Shown: piece by piece, positions 13,853 to 26,400 of the stretch
Position numbering within the stretch: the stretch's first letter is position 1
Layout: every line of letters starts with the position of its first letter
DNA from: Somniosus microcephalus
Taxonomy: Eukaryota
Length of the DNA stretch: 64,000 nucleotides
NCBI GenBank assembly: GCA_052327205.1
Contig: CM126212.1
Coordinates: 209,250,001 to 209,314,000, forward strand
Reading direction: 5' to 3'
Notes under the pieces: model-generated
The model's database searches: none
What the model was told of the DNA's origin: nothing
What the model saw: only the letters and a program-made list of their open reading frames with translations
Translations under genes and position numbers: made by a program

Positions 13853-15871
13853 ATAAAAACCTAAAGTTAGTCAACATGGAAATGTCTTGCACCTTGCAGT
13901 TTTTAAACAAGAGTACAGGTTAAAAAACTAGACCAATTTAATTACAACTAGGCTATGTTCTCATGCACAATATTAAAACAAAATAATATATTTTCTGTTA
14001 TCATAGTCAGAGTCATAACGGCACAGAAGGAGGCCAGTTGTCACATAAATTATTTGAACCAGACAGAAATAATCCGCATCATCACTTTCAGTGCAATAAT
14101 TTAATTCTGACATTTTAAGATTATTAAATGTTAGTAAAACATACTCAAGTTTTTGACAAATAATATGACAAAAATGTAATTCTCTATCAACACAGCTTGG
14201 TAAAACTCATTTCAGTATTGCGGCCACATGCCATTATTTATTCATGGCAGACTGGGCACTTAAAGGAAACCAAGATTACTCAACAATAACACTGAACTAC
14301 CCCATCATTTTCTTTTTATTGGTAAAATGAAGCTCAAATTTGAATATGTTAAAGATAAATTGGTCATGCAATCGTATTGCAATTAGTTTCCACAGAACAA
14401 TATCTCACTTGCCAACAGAAAATATGTTTTTGAAAGCAAACAAATTGCACCGAATTTGCAAATCTACATTTGTCTCCATTTAATTTCAAATTTTTCTTAA
14501 CCCTTTAATAACTGAATGTCAAAATATTTAACAATTGGCTCCTCCAATAGCTCAGCTGGATAAAACAGTGAGTAGCCCAGCCATAAAGACCAGATAGCAC
14601 TTTAGCATGTTTCTTTACATTAACGCAAATGGAAGTTGTTATTGCAAGCTGAGCTAGCCGATCTCAGCTGGGGCCAATGGTGGCTTTGGCATCTCCAGGC
14701 TGGGGCTGGGGGAGAAATAGTCAACAATCCCACTTTTGAACATTATGCATTAAGTCCTGCTGGAGTGGGGAGGGAGAACCTCCACGGTTTAACAGTCTGC
14801 AACAATCACTCCAGATTCATGCAGAAAGACCACTTGGATAATGAATATAAGGGTCACCACTGCCCACAGAACTGTATCCAGCGTGAGTCACCAACTTCAG
14901 CATGAGGGGTATGGAGTGAAAATTGGAGAACATTACAAAAAAAAATTTTTTTTAATCTATTGCTGAATTAGAGATACATTAAACTACACAAGGTACAAAT
15001 TCACTTTTTTCTTTGAATAAACGAAAAAAAGTGTGATTTAATTATATCTTTTATTTAGATGCACAAATCACTATTGCAGTCCTCAAAGGGTTGAAACACA
15101 GGTGCTTGCAATATCCATGGGGATTCTCCAGCAAAATATCAATGAAGCTTATGGCAGGAGATTAGGAGAAACCCATCAAAAATTTTCCCCAAGTAGTTTT
15201 ATAACTTCAGAATAATGTGTAACCCTGTTACTTTCACTATTACAATCTTTCTTAAGAGGAAACTTTTCACAGAAAATCACATACTTGTGTTGAAGATTTG
15301 AAGGCAATGCTTCAAAAAGAGCTACGGCAAGTATATAAGCTCTTCTGAACCTGAGAACACACAATCACTAACTCCACTTTAATGCTAGTCTGGTAAACTA
15401 CTGCAGTAAAGATTGCAGAAGGGACTGAGGGAATATAATTAAACTCAAAGTTTCAATAAGATATTTAGAAACACTGGAAAAAACATAATGGGAATCGACT
15501 TGAAAAGGCTTTGGAATAAATATGACAATAAATGAAAAATGCCAATTATTGCTTGACCTGAGGGATAGTATTTTGACAATGATTATCCAGGAATTTATTA
15601 TAGGAAGGAACATAGGAACAGGAGTAGGCCATTCAGTCCCTTGAGCCTTTTCCACCATTTAATGACATTATGGCTGATCTGCATTAAACTCGAGCTGAAT
15701 GTGTTTGAAATGTGGAAATTAGATGCATCTATTTGGCCAACTACAGCTTATCTTCCAAGACACGAGTTCTACTAACTGCTGATGTAACTCACTGAGGATG
15801 TCTGGCTGTAAAATAGTCTGGTCCAAGGGTGGAATAACATTATACATGGTGAGGTGTATGTATGTTATCAT

Positions 15872-16945
15872 TTCAGAATGATAGCGGGGCTTAGAGGATT
15901 ATATTATGAGGACAGGTTGCATCAACTTGGCTTGTATTCCCTTGAGCATAAAAAATTGAGGGGTGATCTGATCAAAGTGTTTAACATGTTGAAAGAATTT
16001 TCACAGGAAAAGCGGGTGGGTTGGAGGTGGGGGTGAAAGTTGTAAAAATCTAAAACCCGATCCCAACCCGCCCACTTTCACCTTTTAGTCAGGTGGGGGC
16101 GGGCAGCCAACCCGCTGCCAGGAGGCCGGTTGGTATTTAAAATATTAGAATGAGGCCTGAAGCCTCTACTTTAACATGCTGTGCATGTTTACCTGCGGGC
16201 GGCTGCGGATCCCGGGGCTCGGGATTCCCGGTAGCTGCAATGAGACGGTCACAGCTTCGGGGAGCAATCCTTGTGGGCCGGGAGGACCAGAAGTGCTTCC
16301 TCCAGGCCCCCCAAGTTCCCCCACCAGCAGACTGCACCCCCAGGGATCAGGGTTCGGACCCCCTCCAGGGGTCGGACACCCCTCCCACCACGTTTGGAAC
16401 CCCACCCCCAACTACCATCCTGGGCCCAGCACCTACCTGGTCCTGCAGCCTCCTGGTCCGTGTTCCCCGCCCGACTGGAAGCCAGCCTGTCAATCAGGCC
16501 GGCTTCCGGGCATGAAGCCCGCCCTTTACGTCGCTCGCATGCGGAAACCCGGACTTCCAGGTTTCGCACTGTCTCCCAGGTCCCCCTGCACCGTGTGGAT
16601 GGGAAACGGGAATATCCTGGCCAGAGAAAGTATTTCCTCTGGTCAGGGAATCAAGAACGAGGGAGATCATCTTAAAATCAGAGCTAGGCCATTTATTAGG
16701 GAAATCAGGAAGAACTGTTTCCACAAAGGATAGCAGAAATCTGGAATTCTCTGCTCCAAAAGGTGGTGGATGCTGGGACAATTGGAGCTTTTAAGACTGA
16801 GCTGACAGATTTTTGTTCAGTAAGGGTATCAAGGAATATGGAGCTAAGGCGGATCAATGGAGCTGAGGTACAGATCAGCCATGATCTAATTGAATGGTGG
16901 AGCAGGCTTGAGGGGCTGAATGGCCTACTCCTGTTCCTATGTATC
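15872..16945 (+). mobile_element. CR1 3' fragment interrupted by a GC-rich MITE-like insert (~15995-16622)
   Basis: GLYYEDRLHQLGLYSLE..LRGDLI before the insert; CR1 resumes afterwards to ggcctactcctgttcctatgt. Confidence 0.8.
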
Positions 16946-17024
16946 TTAATATCTGAGCAAGAGAATTTTTATACCTGCTATCATGAATTTGTAGACAACA
17001 GAGACTGCTTGCTCTAAGCATATA

Positions 17025-17317
17025 GGCCTAGAAATTGCAGGCCACTGCTGTGGCAACAGAAGAACTGGGAGTGCCATTTAAGTGGCAGAAGTGCCCCAAA
17101 AATCTGAATCAATGTCCCACTGAAGGTCTTAACCAAGACTTGATCCTTTAGTAGGAGCCAGAGCGGAGGAATAACAGGCTCTACAAAGGCCTCGTCCTCC
17201 ATGTGGGCACATCAGAACCCTTACCACCAGCTTCCTCATGGCGGCCCCGAAAAGCACTGGTAACACAAGAGAACAGGAGGGACCCAGGCCCCACACCCAC
17301 TGCTGCAATTTACAGGT
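17025..17317. mobile_element. Old Harbinger-type MITE candidate
   Basis: Left end GGCCTAGAAATTGCAG (same start as 50397); degenerate right end CTGCAATTTACAGGTT. Confidence 0.45.
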
Positions 17318-18704
17318 TGAGGGTAGTGAAGGATGGGCCTGTAGCAGTCCCAGCTGGGGTAGGCAGAGGGAAATATTTCGGCTGTGAGGTGTTGGTAGAC
17401 CTCACTGCCCACATTTCCTTCATTCGCTGCTTTTGGGCAGAATCATGAAAGAGAATCCAGCTCAGAGCTACAAACTGGTGAAGGGAAAATTTAGGGCTGA
17501 TATCAGGAAGCATTTCTTCACAGACAGTAATCAATATTTCTAATAGACTTCGAGGAAGAGTAGTGGAGGCAAAACCTTATAGTTGTTCAAGAGCTTAATG
17601 AAGAGGGCCTATTGATGTTTTCTTTTTTGGACAGATGAAGGAGGGCTAAATAGCTTTCTTCAACTGTATTCACCTTGTGATCATTGCATATATTAAAAGG
17701 TGGTTGATGTTAGATTGAGAGTAGAGGAATGGATATGCTTTCTTTCTCTATGAATAATTCCAATAATTTAAACAAATAACCTTTACTTCCTGATTCTGAA
17801 AAACTTCAACCTGGAATTAATGGACACTAAACAAAACATATAACAAACAATCCTAAGAATTGTGTTAAGAGCCAGTAATTACAAAAAATCTTCTGGTAGA
17901 ATATTCATTTTCCCACATGTCAGTAAGAAATCCTACTTTTAGTGCAGCAAGTGCAGACCAAATTTATAAACCAGTAGAGCTTCATTTGGGAAAAATCAGT
18001 CTTGCACTGTGCAGTAAGTATTTGAATACTTTTTAGGTTCAATCAGGAATACTGAGTTATCGTAAGTAATTAGAGAATTTTATATATTTAGGAAAAAAAA
18101 TCATGTAGTAGATATTCTTCAACATTTGATTGTAAGATGAATCAGGAAGAACAAGATCTTACCAGTAATGGCAATCAACACTCAAACCACATATAAAAAT
18201 ATCCTAACCACTTCATATTAAACATTTGCTAATGTATAGTATGAACTGCTTCATAATATAACATGGAGAACTTTTTTTTTAATAAAGGGTATTCATACTG
18301 TCTTAAATGCAAGGAAATGAATGTGCAAACATGAGTAAAATTAGATAGCACATTTTAGATCAAGATAAATAAGCATCATATCTGAGTAATGGAAATATAT
18401 GAAAGTGCATCATGTCAAAGATAAGATCATCAGTGTAATATACAAACCCATTAGATCATTATACTGCTTAAATACAACATTATTTATTCTTAATTTGTAT
18501 TTTACTCCTGGCATTATTTTCTACTAAAGCCAAAAGGTAGGACAATTTAAATACTAGAACATAAAAGACAGGAATGTGAGCAGCCCATTCAGCTCATAAA
18601 AATCCTACTGATTCAGTCAGGATCTGCTCAAAGCATTGCGCTCCCTTTGTGTTTGATTTTATTGGATCAGGATTCCGCCAATTTTGAATGCTTCCATTAA
18701 ATTT

Positions 18705-21700
18705 GCATTCACTGGACCTGGTGGCGGTCTATTCTGTATGTTAACAAGCCACTGAACGAGATTGTGGTCTATCACATATGTTAATTCACTGGACCTGGTG
18801 GCGGTCTACTCTGTATGTTAACAAGTCACTGAACGAGATTGTGGTCTATCACATATGTTAATTCACTGGACCTGGTGGCGGTCTATTCTATATGTTAATT
18901 CACTGGACCTGGTGGCGGTCTATTCTGTATGTTAACAAGTCACTGAACGAGATTGCGGTCTATTCTATATGTTAACAAGTCACTGAACTAGATTGCGGTC
19001 TATTACATATGTTAATTCACTGGACCTGGTGGCGGTCTATTCTGTATGTTAACAAGTCACTGAACGAGATTGTGGTCTATCACATATGTTAATTCACTGG
19101 ACCTGGTGGCAGTCTATTCTGTATGTTAACAAGTCACTGAACGAGATTGTGGTCTATCACATATGTTAATTCACTGGACCTGGTGGCGGTCTATTCTATA
19201 TGTTAATTCACTGGACCTGGTGGCGGTCTATTCTGTATGTTAACAAGTCACTGAACGAGATTGCGGTCTATTCTATATGTTAACAAGTCACTGAACTAGA
19301 TTGCGGTCTATTACATATGTTAATTCACTGGACCTGGTGGCGGTCTATTCTATATGTTAACAAGTCACTGAACGAGATTGCGGTCTATTCTATATGTTAA
19401 CAAGTCACTGAACTAGATTGCGGTCTATTACATATGTTAATTCACTGGACCTGGTGGCAGTCTATTCTATATGTTAACAAGTCACTGAACTAGATTGCGG
19501 TCTATTACATATGTTAATTCACTGGACCTGGTGGCGGTCTATTCTATATGTTAACAAGTCACTGAACTAGATTGCGGTCTATTACATATGTTAATTCACT
19601 GGACCTGGTGGCGGTCTATTCTGTATGTTAACAAGTCACTGAACGAGATTGCGGTCTATTACATATGTTAATTCACTGGACCTGGTGGCGGTCTATTCTG
19701 TATGTTAACAAGTCACTGAACTAGATTGCGGTCTATTACATATGTTAATTCACTGGACCTGGTGGCAGTCTATTCTATATGTTAACAAGTCACTGAACTA
19801 GATTGCGGTCTATTACATATGTTAATTCACTGGACCTGGTGGCGGTCTATTCTATATGTTAACAAGTCACTGAACTAGATTGCGGTCTATTACATATGTT
19901 AATTCACTGGACCTGGTGGCGGTCTATTCTGTATGTTAACAAGTCACTGAACGAGATTGCGGTCTATTACATATGTTAATTCACTGGACCTGGTGGCAGT
20001 CTATTCTGTATGTTAATTCACTGAACGAGATTGCGATCTATTCTATATGTTAACAAGTCACTGAACGAGATTGTGGTCTATCACATATGTTAATTCACTG
20101 GACCTGGTGGCGGTCTATTCTATATGTTAATTCACTGGACCTGGTGGCGGTCTATTCTGTATGTTAATTCACTGGACCTGGTGGCGGTCTATTCTATATG
20201 TTAACAAGTCACTGAACGAGATTGTGGTCTATCACATATGTTAATTCACTGGACCTGGTGGCGGTCTATTCTGTATGTTAACAAGTCACTGAACTAGATT
20301 GCGGTCTATTACATATGTTAATTCACTGGACCTGGTGGCGGTCTACTCTGTATGTTAACAAGTCACTGAACTAGATTGCGGTCTATTACATATGTTAATT
20401 CACTGGACCTGGTGGCGGTCTATTCTGTATGTTAACAAGTCACTGAACTAGATTGCGGTCTATTACATATGTTAATTCACTGGACCTGGTGGCAGTCTAT
20501 TCTGTATGTTAATTCACTGAACGAGATTGCGGTCTATTCTATATGTTAACAAGTCACTGAACGAGATTGTGGTCTATCACATATGTTAATTCACTGGACC
20601 TGGTGGCGGTCTATTCTATATGTTAATTCACTGGACCTGGTGGCGGTCTATTCTGTATGTTAACAAGTCACTGAACGAGATTGCGGTCTATTCTGTATGT
20701 TAACAAGTCACTGAACTAGATTGCGGTCTATTACATATGTTAATTCACTGAACTAGGTGGTGGACTATTCTCTATGTTAACAAGTCACTGAACTAGATTG
20801 GGTCTACTCTATATGTTAACAAATCACTAAACGAGATGGCCGTCTGTTCTACATTTTTACAATTCATTGAACGAGATGGTCGTCCACTCTATATGTTTAT
20901 AAATCATTGAACGAGATGGTAGTCTACTCTATATGTTTATAAATCATTGAACTAGATGGTAGTCTATATGTTTATAAATCATTGCACGAGATGGTAGTCT
21001 ACTCTATATGTTTATAAATCATTGAACTAGATGGTAGTCTATATGTTTATAAATCATTGAACGAGATGGTCGTCCACTCTATATGTTTATAAATCATTGA
21101 ACTAGATGGTAGTCTACTCTATATGTTTATAAATCATTGAACGAGATGGTCGTCTACTCTATATGTTTATAAATCACTGAACGAGATGGTCGTCTACTCT
21201 ATATGTTAACAAATCACTAAACTAGATGGTCGTCTACTCTATATGTTTATAAATCATTGAACGAGATGGTCGTCTACTCTATATGTTTATAAATCATTGA
21301 ACGAGATGGTCGTCTACTCTATATGTTTATAATTCATTGAACGAGATGGTCGTCTACTCTATATGTTTATAATTCATTGAACGAGATGGTCGTCTACTCT
21401 ATATGTTTATAAATCATTGAACTAGATGGTCGTCTACTCTATATGTTTATAAATCATTGAACGAGATGGTCGTCTACTCTATATGTTTATAAATCATTGA
21501 ACTAGATGGTCGTCTACTCTATATGTTTATAAATCATTGAACTAGATGGTCGTCTACTCTATATGTTTATAAATCATTGAACGAGATGGTCGTCTACTCT
21601 ATATGTTTATAAATCATTGAACTAGATGGTCGTCTACTCTATATGTTTATAAATCACTGAACGAGATGGTCGTCTACTCTATATGTTTATAAATCACTGA

Positions 21701-22042
21701 ACGAGATGGTCGTCTACTCTATATGTTTATAAATCATTGAACGAGATGGTCGTCTACTCTATATGTTTATAAATCATTGAACGAGATGGTCGTCTACTCT
21801 ATATGTTTATAAATCACTGAACGAGATGGTCGTCTACTCTATATGTTTATAAATCATTGAACGAGATGGTCGTCTACTCTATATGTTTATAAATCACTGA
21901 ACGAGATGGTCGTCTACTCTATATGTTTATAAATCATTGAACGAGATGGTCGTCTACTCTATATGTTTATAAATCATTGAACGAGATGGTCGTCTACTCT
22001 ATATGTTTATAAATCACTGAACGAGATGGTCGTCTACTCTAT
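18705..22042. repeat. Satellite/minisatellite array, left part: mixed 37-bp and 40-bp monomers to ~20760, then a homogeneous 40-bp monomer
   Basis: A=AATTCACTGGACCTGGTGGCGGTCTATTCTGTATGTT, B=AACAAGTCACTGAACGAGATTGCGGTCTATTACATATGTT, C=AAATCATTGAACGAGATGGTCGTCTACTCTATATGTTTAT. Confidence 0.95.
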
Positions 22043-22396
22043 GGGCTAGATTTTCAGTTTAGGCAGTTTTGGGGCGCTAGCTTTAGCGCCCGCCCGAAGT
22101 TAGCGCCCGCCCCAAAGTAGCGCCCCGTTGCCGGGAATTCAGTGGCTTCGCCCTAAGAGGTTGGTGGAGCGCTAAAAGAGGCGTTCCACTACTCTCTTTA
22201 GGCGCTAAGCCGGCGGTCCAGAGGGATAGCGCCCAGGCGGGGCGCAGCACGGGTGCGGTCATTTTTGCACTGACAGCAGACCCCGTGGTGCCGACCAGCT
22301 CTTAAAGGGGGAAGGGACGAATTGGTCTGCTGCCACGCCCTGCACACTGCAGCCTTGCAAAGAGGCCTCAACACTACTGCTCAGCCCCAGGGAGTC

Positions 22397-24553
22397 ATGG
22401 CAACGCCAGAGAAGGCCCGTCAGCGTGCCCTGCGCTTCTCAGAGGGTGATCTGGACATCATGCTCACAGCTCTGGAGGTGAGGCGCAAGATCTTGTTTCC
22501 AGACAGTGGGAGGAATCCAACCCACCACGACTACACCAAAGCCTGGAAGCAGATCGCCCAGAGGGTGACGTTCACCGGCGAGGCCCCCAGGACCCACACA
22601 CAATGCCGGAAGAAGTACAACGATCTGACCAGGATTGTGAGGGTGAGTAGCCTTTCCAGTCTCCTCCTCATTCTTGCATGTACACCTGACATGATGGGCA
22701 AAGGGACCTGAAAGTCCTTTTGGCCAGCCCTCAGCCAGCAGCATTGGGACAGTCATGAGCATCAAATGGCCATTCGGCACTCTACACTTTGGCCAAGCTA
22801 TTCCACCATGGGAGGCAGTGCACACTACATCAGGGCTTCACTCTGTCCAAGCTATTCCACCATGGGAGGCAGTGCACACTACATCAGGGCTTCACTCTGT
22901 CCAAGCTATTCCACCATGGGAGGCAGTGCACACTACATCAGGGCTTCACTCTGTCCAAGCTATTCCACCATGGGAGGCAGTGCACACTACATCAGGGCTT
23001 CACTCTGTCCAAGCTATTCCACCATGGGAGGCAGTGCACACTACATCAGGGCTTCACTCTGTCCAAGCTATTCCACCATGGGAGGCAGTGCACACTACAT
23101 CAGGGCTTCACTCTGTCCAAGCTATTCCACCATGGGAGGCAGTGCACACTACATCAGGGCTTCACTGCGCACTTACAGCCCGTCCTTTCTCTTGCAGGCT
23201 AAAGTAGCGTTTAATCGCCAGGCCCGTGCCAGGGGTGGCCGCGCCAAGCTGCAGAAGCTCACTCGGCTGGAGGAGCGCGTGTGTGTGCTCATGGGAGCAC
23301 GTGTGATTGTCCCCACAGCGTGCGGTGTATCCGACCCTCCACTGCCCGGCAATGGTAAGGACCTCGCCTTTTGGCCCTCTCGCGTCGCACTGGCCCATCC
23401 GAGCTACCTCCTTTGCCACTGTCCCACCAATGCGCTGAATCCCACCAGTCCTAACTCCCTCGCTGACGCCGTCTCCTCACTCTGAAGCTACTCTTGTGCA
23501 TTCATGCTTTCAGCTGGTGACGACCAGGACCCTGAGGCTGCCAGTGACAGCACCTCCAACCAGGAGGAGGAGGAGGAGCAAGCCGGACCTTCGGGGGAAC
23601 AGTCACGTCCCGCAGGAGAGGAGGAAATGCTCGACACCTCCTCACTGGACGAGTGCCTGGAGGAACTGTCGCAGGGCAATGCAGCTTCTAGGACCAGTGG
23701 CGTCCAGCCACCCAGCAGCCGTGCGCGTGGCCCGCGGCCTTCCCCCCAAAGGGGGGAAGGATCAGAGGGGAGTGCTGCTGCTCGGCACACTCGCCGTCAC
23801 CAACGCGGCAAGGGTCCCCTAGTTCGGCCCCCTCCTCCCCAGCGGGAGAGTCGCGACTCCAGTCCGGACACCTTCACTTCGGAGGAGGTGCGGAAGCTCG
23901 ATCAGATGGCCGACGACTCGGACCGGCGCCACACGGAGCTCATGAGCGTGGTGGGGCGCATGCCTGAGGCCATCGAGTCGCTGGCGACCAGTGTGCGCGT
24001 GTTCGGGGCAGCAACTGCCGCGACTGGCCGCATGCTAACTGATGCCGTCAAGACCCTGGCGGATGTGAAGCGCGCGCACACCAGGACCACAGGGCCACTC
24101 ACTGCTGCCACACGCGCTGTCTCAGGCAGGCATCGCCAGGGCAGGCGCCGCGCTGGACCATCCCAGCAAGCCGGCCGTCGGCTGATTGCTGCGGATCCTG
24201 CAGTGCGGGCCCGGCCGAGTGCCACCGCGCCACAGCACCAGCCAGCGCATCCCAGACGCCAGCTGGCCCACATTGCACCATCCGTCGCCGCCATTCCCCC
24301 TCTGGGGCGTCAAGGGCAAGCGGCTGCAGCTGATGGTGGCCAGGCTCAGGCGCGCCACTCAGGAGACGGCCCCTCGAGGCCCAAACGCCGTGTAGGCCGC
24401 CCCCCAGCGGCATCTGGCGGAAGGGCATCTGAGCCTCAGGCGCCTTCCCCCAGCCTCGCAGCAGCCACTGGGCAGAGCTTGCGAAGGAGCAGCAGGCAGG
24501 GCAGGGGAGGCAAAATGCTGGCCAAGGTCTCGCCCTCGCGGGCCACTCAGTAG
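22397..24553 (+). CDS. Harbinger Myb/SANT-like DNA-binding protein, 3 exons: 22397-22642, 23198-23354, 23514-24553 (~480 aa)
   Basis: Exon 1 RFSEGDLDIML...LFP...AWKQIAQRV...RTHTQCRKKYNDL (trihelix/MSANTD-type); GT-AG introns with compatible phases (0, 1); acidic and low-complexity C-terminal part. Confidence 0.88.
22793..23166 (+). repeat. 54-bp tandem repeat, ~7 identical copies, in intron 1 of the Myb-like gene
   Basis: Unit CCAAGCTATTCCACCATGGGAGGCAGTGCACACTACATCAGGGCTTCACTCTGT. Confidence 0.95.
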
Positions 24554-24916
24554 AGGGTGTGGCCAGCTTTCCTTTAATATGGCGGTGGCCATCTTTATTT
24601 TGCCCATGGTTGTGCTTTTGGAGGGCTTTTTTTTTGCGTTAGGCCGACGTTGAGGCCCGGTTTCAATAAAGGTGGAGTGGCTCCTCCCCAGTTTGTGGGA
24701 GTGAGTCGTTTGTTGGGCTTTTTGTGGGGCCCGTTTATTGTTTTTGGGGATTCATGTGGGAAGGGCTTTCCATTTTTGTTTAATAAAAAATTATCTTTAT
24801 TCATGCAGTCTCCATGGTTGTTCTTCTTAGTGTTTGTTGGCTTCGCCGGCTGAGGGCTTGCGGAGCGGCTGCATTCATCTTCCCTCATGGCCCCTGGCCA
24901 TTCCCTGACAGGGGGC

Positions 24917-26071
24917 TTAGAAGTACCGTGTAATAAGGTGGCGTCGTGCGGCCCTTGGCCCTGGTCGCTCCCTCCTGGGAACGTACTCCTGCTCCTCCTC
25001 CTCCTCCTCCTCCTCATGCTCCTCCTGCTCCTCCTCCTGAGGTGCTGGTCCAACGTCAGGTGGCAGTGCCTGAGTCCTGCGGATAGCCAGGTTGTGTAGC
25101 ATGCAGCAAACCACCACAAATTGGGAGACCCGGTCCGGCGAATACTGGAGAGCTCCTCCGGAGCGATCAAGGCAGCGGAACCGCTGCTTGAGGACCCCAA
25201 TAGTTAGCTCGATGATGTTGCGGGTGGTTTGATGGCTCTCGTTGTAGGCCTCTTCAGCAGCGGTCCTGGGCGCGCGGAGCGGGGTCATGAGCCAGGTGCA
25301 CAAAGGATAGCCTTTGTCCCCGAGTAGCCATCCTCTTGGGGGAGGCTGTGCCTGGAACATGTCATGCACAGTACTCTGCCGCAGGATAAAGGCATCGTGG
25401 CTGCTGCCTGGGAAGCTGGCATTGACTGCCATGATGCGCTGCTTGTGGTCACAGACCAGCTGCACATTCAGAGAATGGTAGCCCTTCCTGTTGCGATACT
25501 GCTCGCCATGCTCCAGAGGGGCCCGCAAAGCCACATGCGTACAGTCAATGGCGCCCTGCACCAAGGGGAATTCCCCGAGTCTGGAAAATCCCAATGCGCG
25601 CTGATGCTGGCTCTCCAGGGCCATGGGGAAGGAGATGAATTGGCTTCTCCTTCTGAACAGTGCTTCTGTCACCTGGCGGATGCAGCGATGCGCGCCGTAC
25701 TGGGAGATGTTTGCTATGTCCCCAGCAGCGTATTGGAAGGAGCCGGTGGCATAGAAGTTCAATGCCACTGTCACCTTCACTTCCACCGACAGAGACGTCC
25801 TGCACCTGAGCTTTGGCCGCAGATCTCGGCGAAGCAGGTGGCAGACCTCTGCAATCACCTCCTTTCGGAATCGGAGCCTTTTAACACATCGCGCGGCACT
25901 CATGTTTAGGTAGGAGCGCTGCTGGCGGTATAGCCTGACTGGGTAAGGCCTACGTGGCCGACGCCTGTAGCCCCCTCTGCCTCTAGCCAGGGCTGCCCCT
26001 CTCACAATGCGTCTGCGAGCCCTACGGACATGGAGCTGCAGCTCCGCGTTGGCACCCCATGCAACCCCCAT
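24917..26071 (-). CDS. Harbinger DDE transposase (HARBI1-like), 384 aa, intronless, uninterrupted
   Basis: Motifs GAIDCTHV, NRKGYHSLNVQLVCD, GSSHDAFIL, WLLGDKGYP, RNIIELTIGVLKQRFRCL; HTH-like FYATGSFQ..GD...ISQ; first ATG at 26071 (the ORF track starts on a TTG). Confidence 0.95.
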   Translation of the reverse strand: MGVAWGANAELQLHVRRARRRIVRGAALARGRGGYRRRPRRPYPVRLYRQQRSYLNMSAARCVKRLRFRKEVIAEVCHLLRRDLRPKLRCRTSLSVEVKVTVALNFYATGSFQYAAGDIANISQYGAHRCIRQVTEALFRRRSQFISFPMALESQHQRALGFSRLGEFPLVQGAIDCTHVALRAPLEHGEQYRNRKGYHSLNVQLVCDHKQRIMAVNASFPGSSHDAFILRQSTVHDMFQAQPPPRGWLLGDKGYPLCTWLMTPLRAPRTAAEEAYNESHQTTRNIIELTIGVLKQRFRCLDRSGGALQYSPDRVSQFVVVCCMLHNLAIRRTQALPPDVGPAPQEEEQEEHEEEEEEEEQEYVPRRERPGPRAARRHLITRYF

Positions 26072-26392
26072 CAAATCCTGGCAAACACTCTAATTTCCAA
26101 ATGGCCACTTGCAGCGCTGTTGCCTGAGTCCAAAAATACCTGGCTCTTGCTGCTTGAAACCAGTTAGCTATCCTCCTTGTTGTGTCTCCAGAAATGCGTT
26201 GCACAAGACTGTTTTCTGAAATAATGGATGGCCTTTATACTGGAGAGGACGTTCCCTTTAATTAGCGCCCCCCGGGGCCCGCGCTGGTTGTGTTGCGTTC
26301 CTTTTTCCAAACGCTCCGGCCGCCCGCCGCACAATGGGGCGGTCCGACTGAAGTTTGCAATCGGGGCGGCCAAAGGGCGTTGCACGAGGATG

Positions 26393-26400
26393 TGACGTCA
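26393..26400. promoter_or_regulatory. Palindromic CRE-like TGACGTCA upstream of the transposase
   Basis: Exact motif; minus-strand TATAAA at 26234-26239 lies between it and the ATG; function untested. Confidence 0.35.

Noticed and set aside
16137-16781. Cluster of overlapping Pro/Gly-rich ORFs
   Set aside because: They lie in a GC-rich non-autonomous insert within a CR1 and show no recognisable domain.
18705-22042. CRISPR-like array
   Set aside because: There are no unique spacers: all intervening sequence is itself repeated. The context is a eukaryotic intron with no cas genes.
22755-23207. Repeat-protein ORFs (150, 239 and 137 aa)
   Set aside because: These are by-products of a stop-free 54-bp intronic tandem repeat; only 23198-23354 fits as an exon.
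24917-26071. Domesticated host HARBI1 gene
   Set aside because: The ORF is bounded by TIRs and a TSD and paired with a Myb gene inside an intronic satellite, so it is a transposon rather than the host gene.
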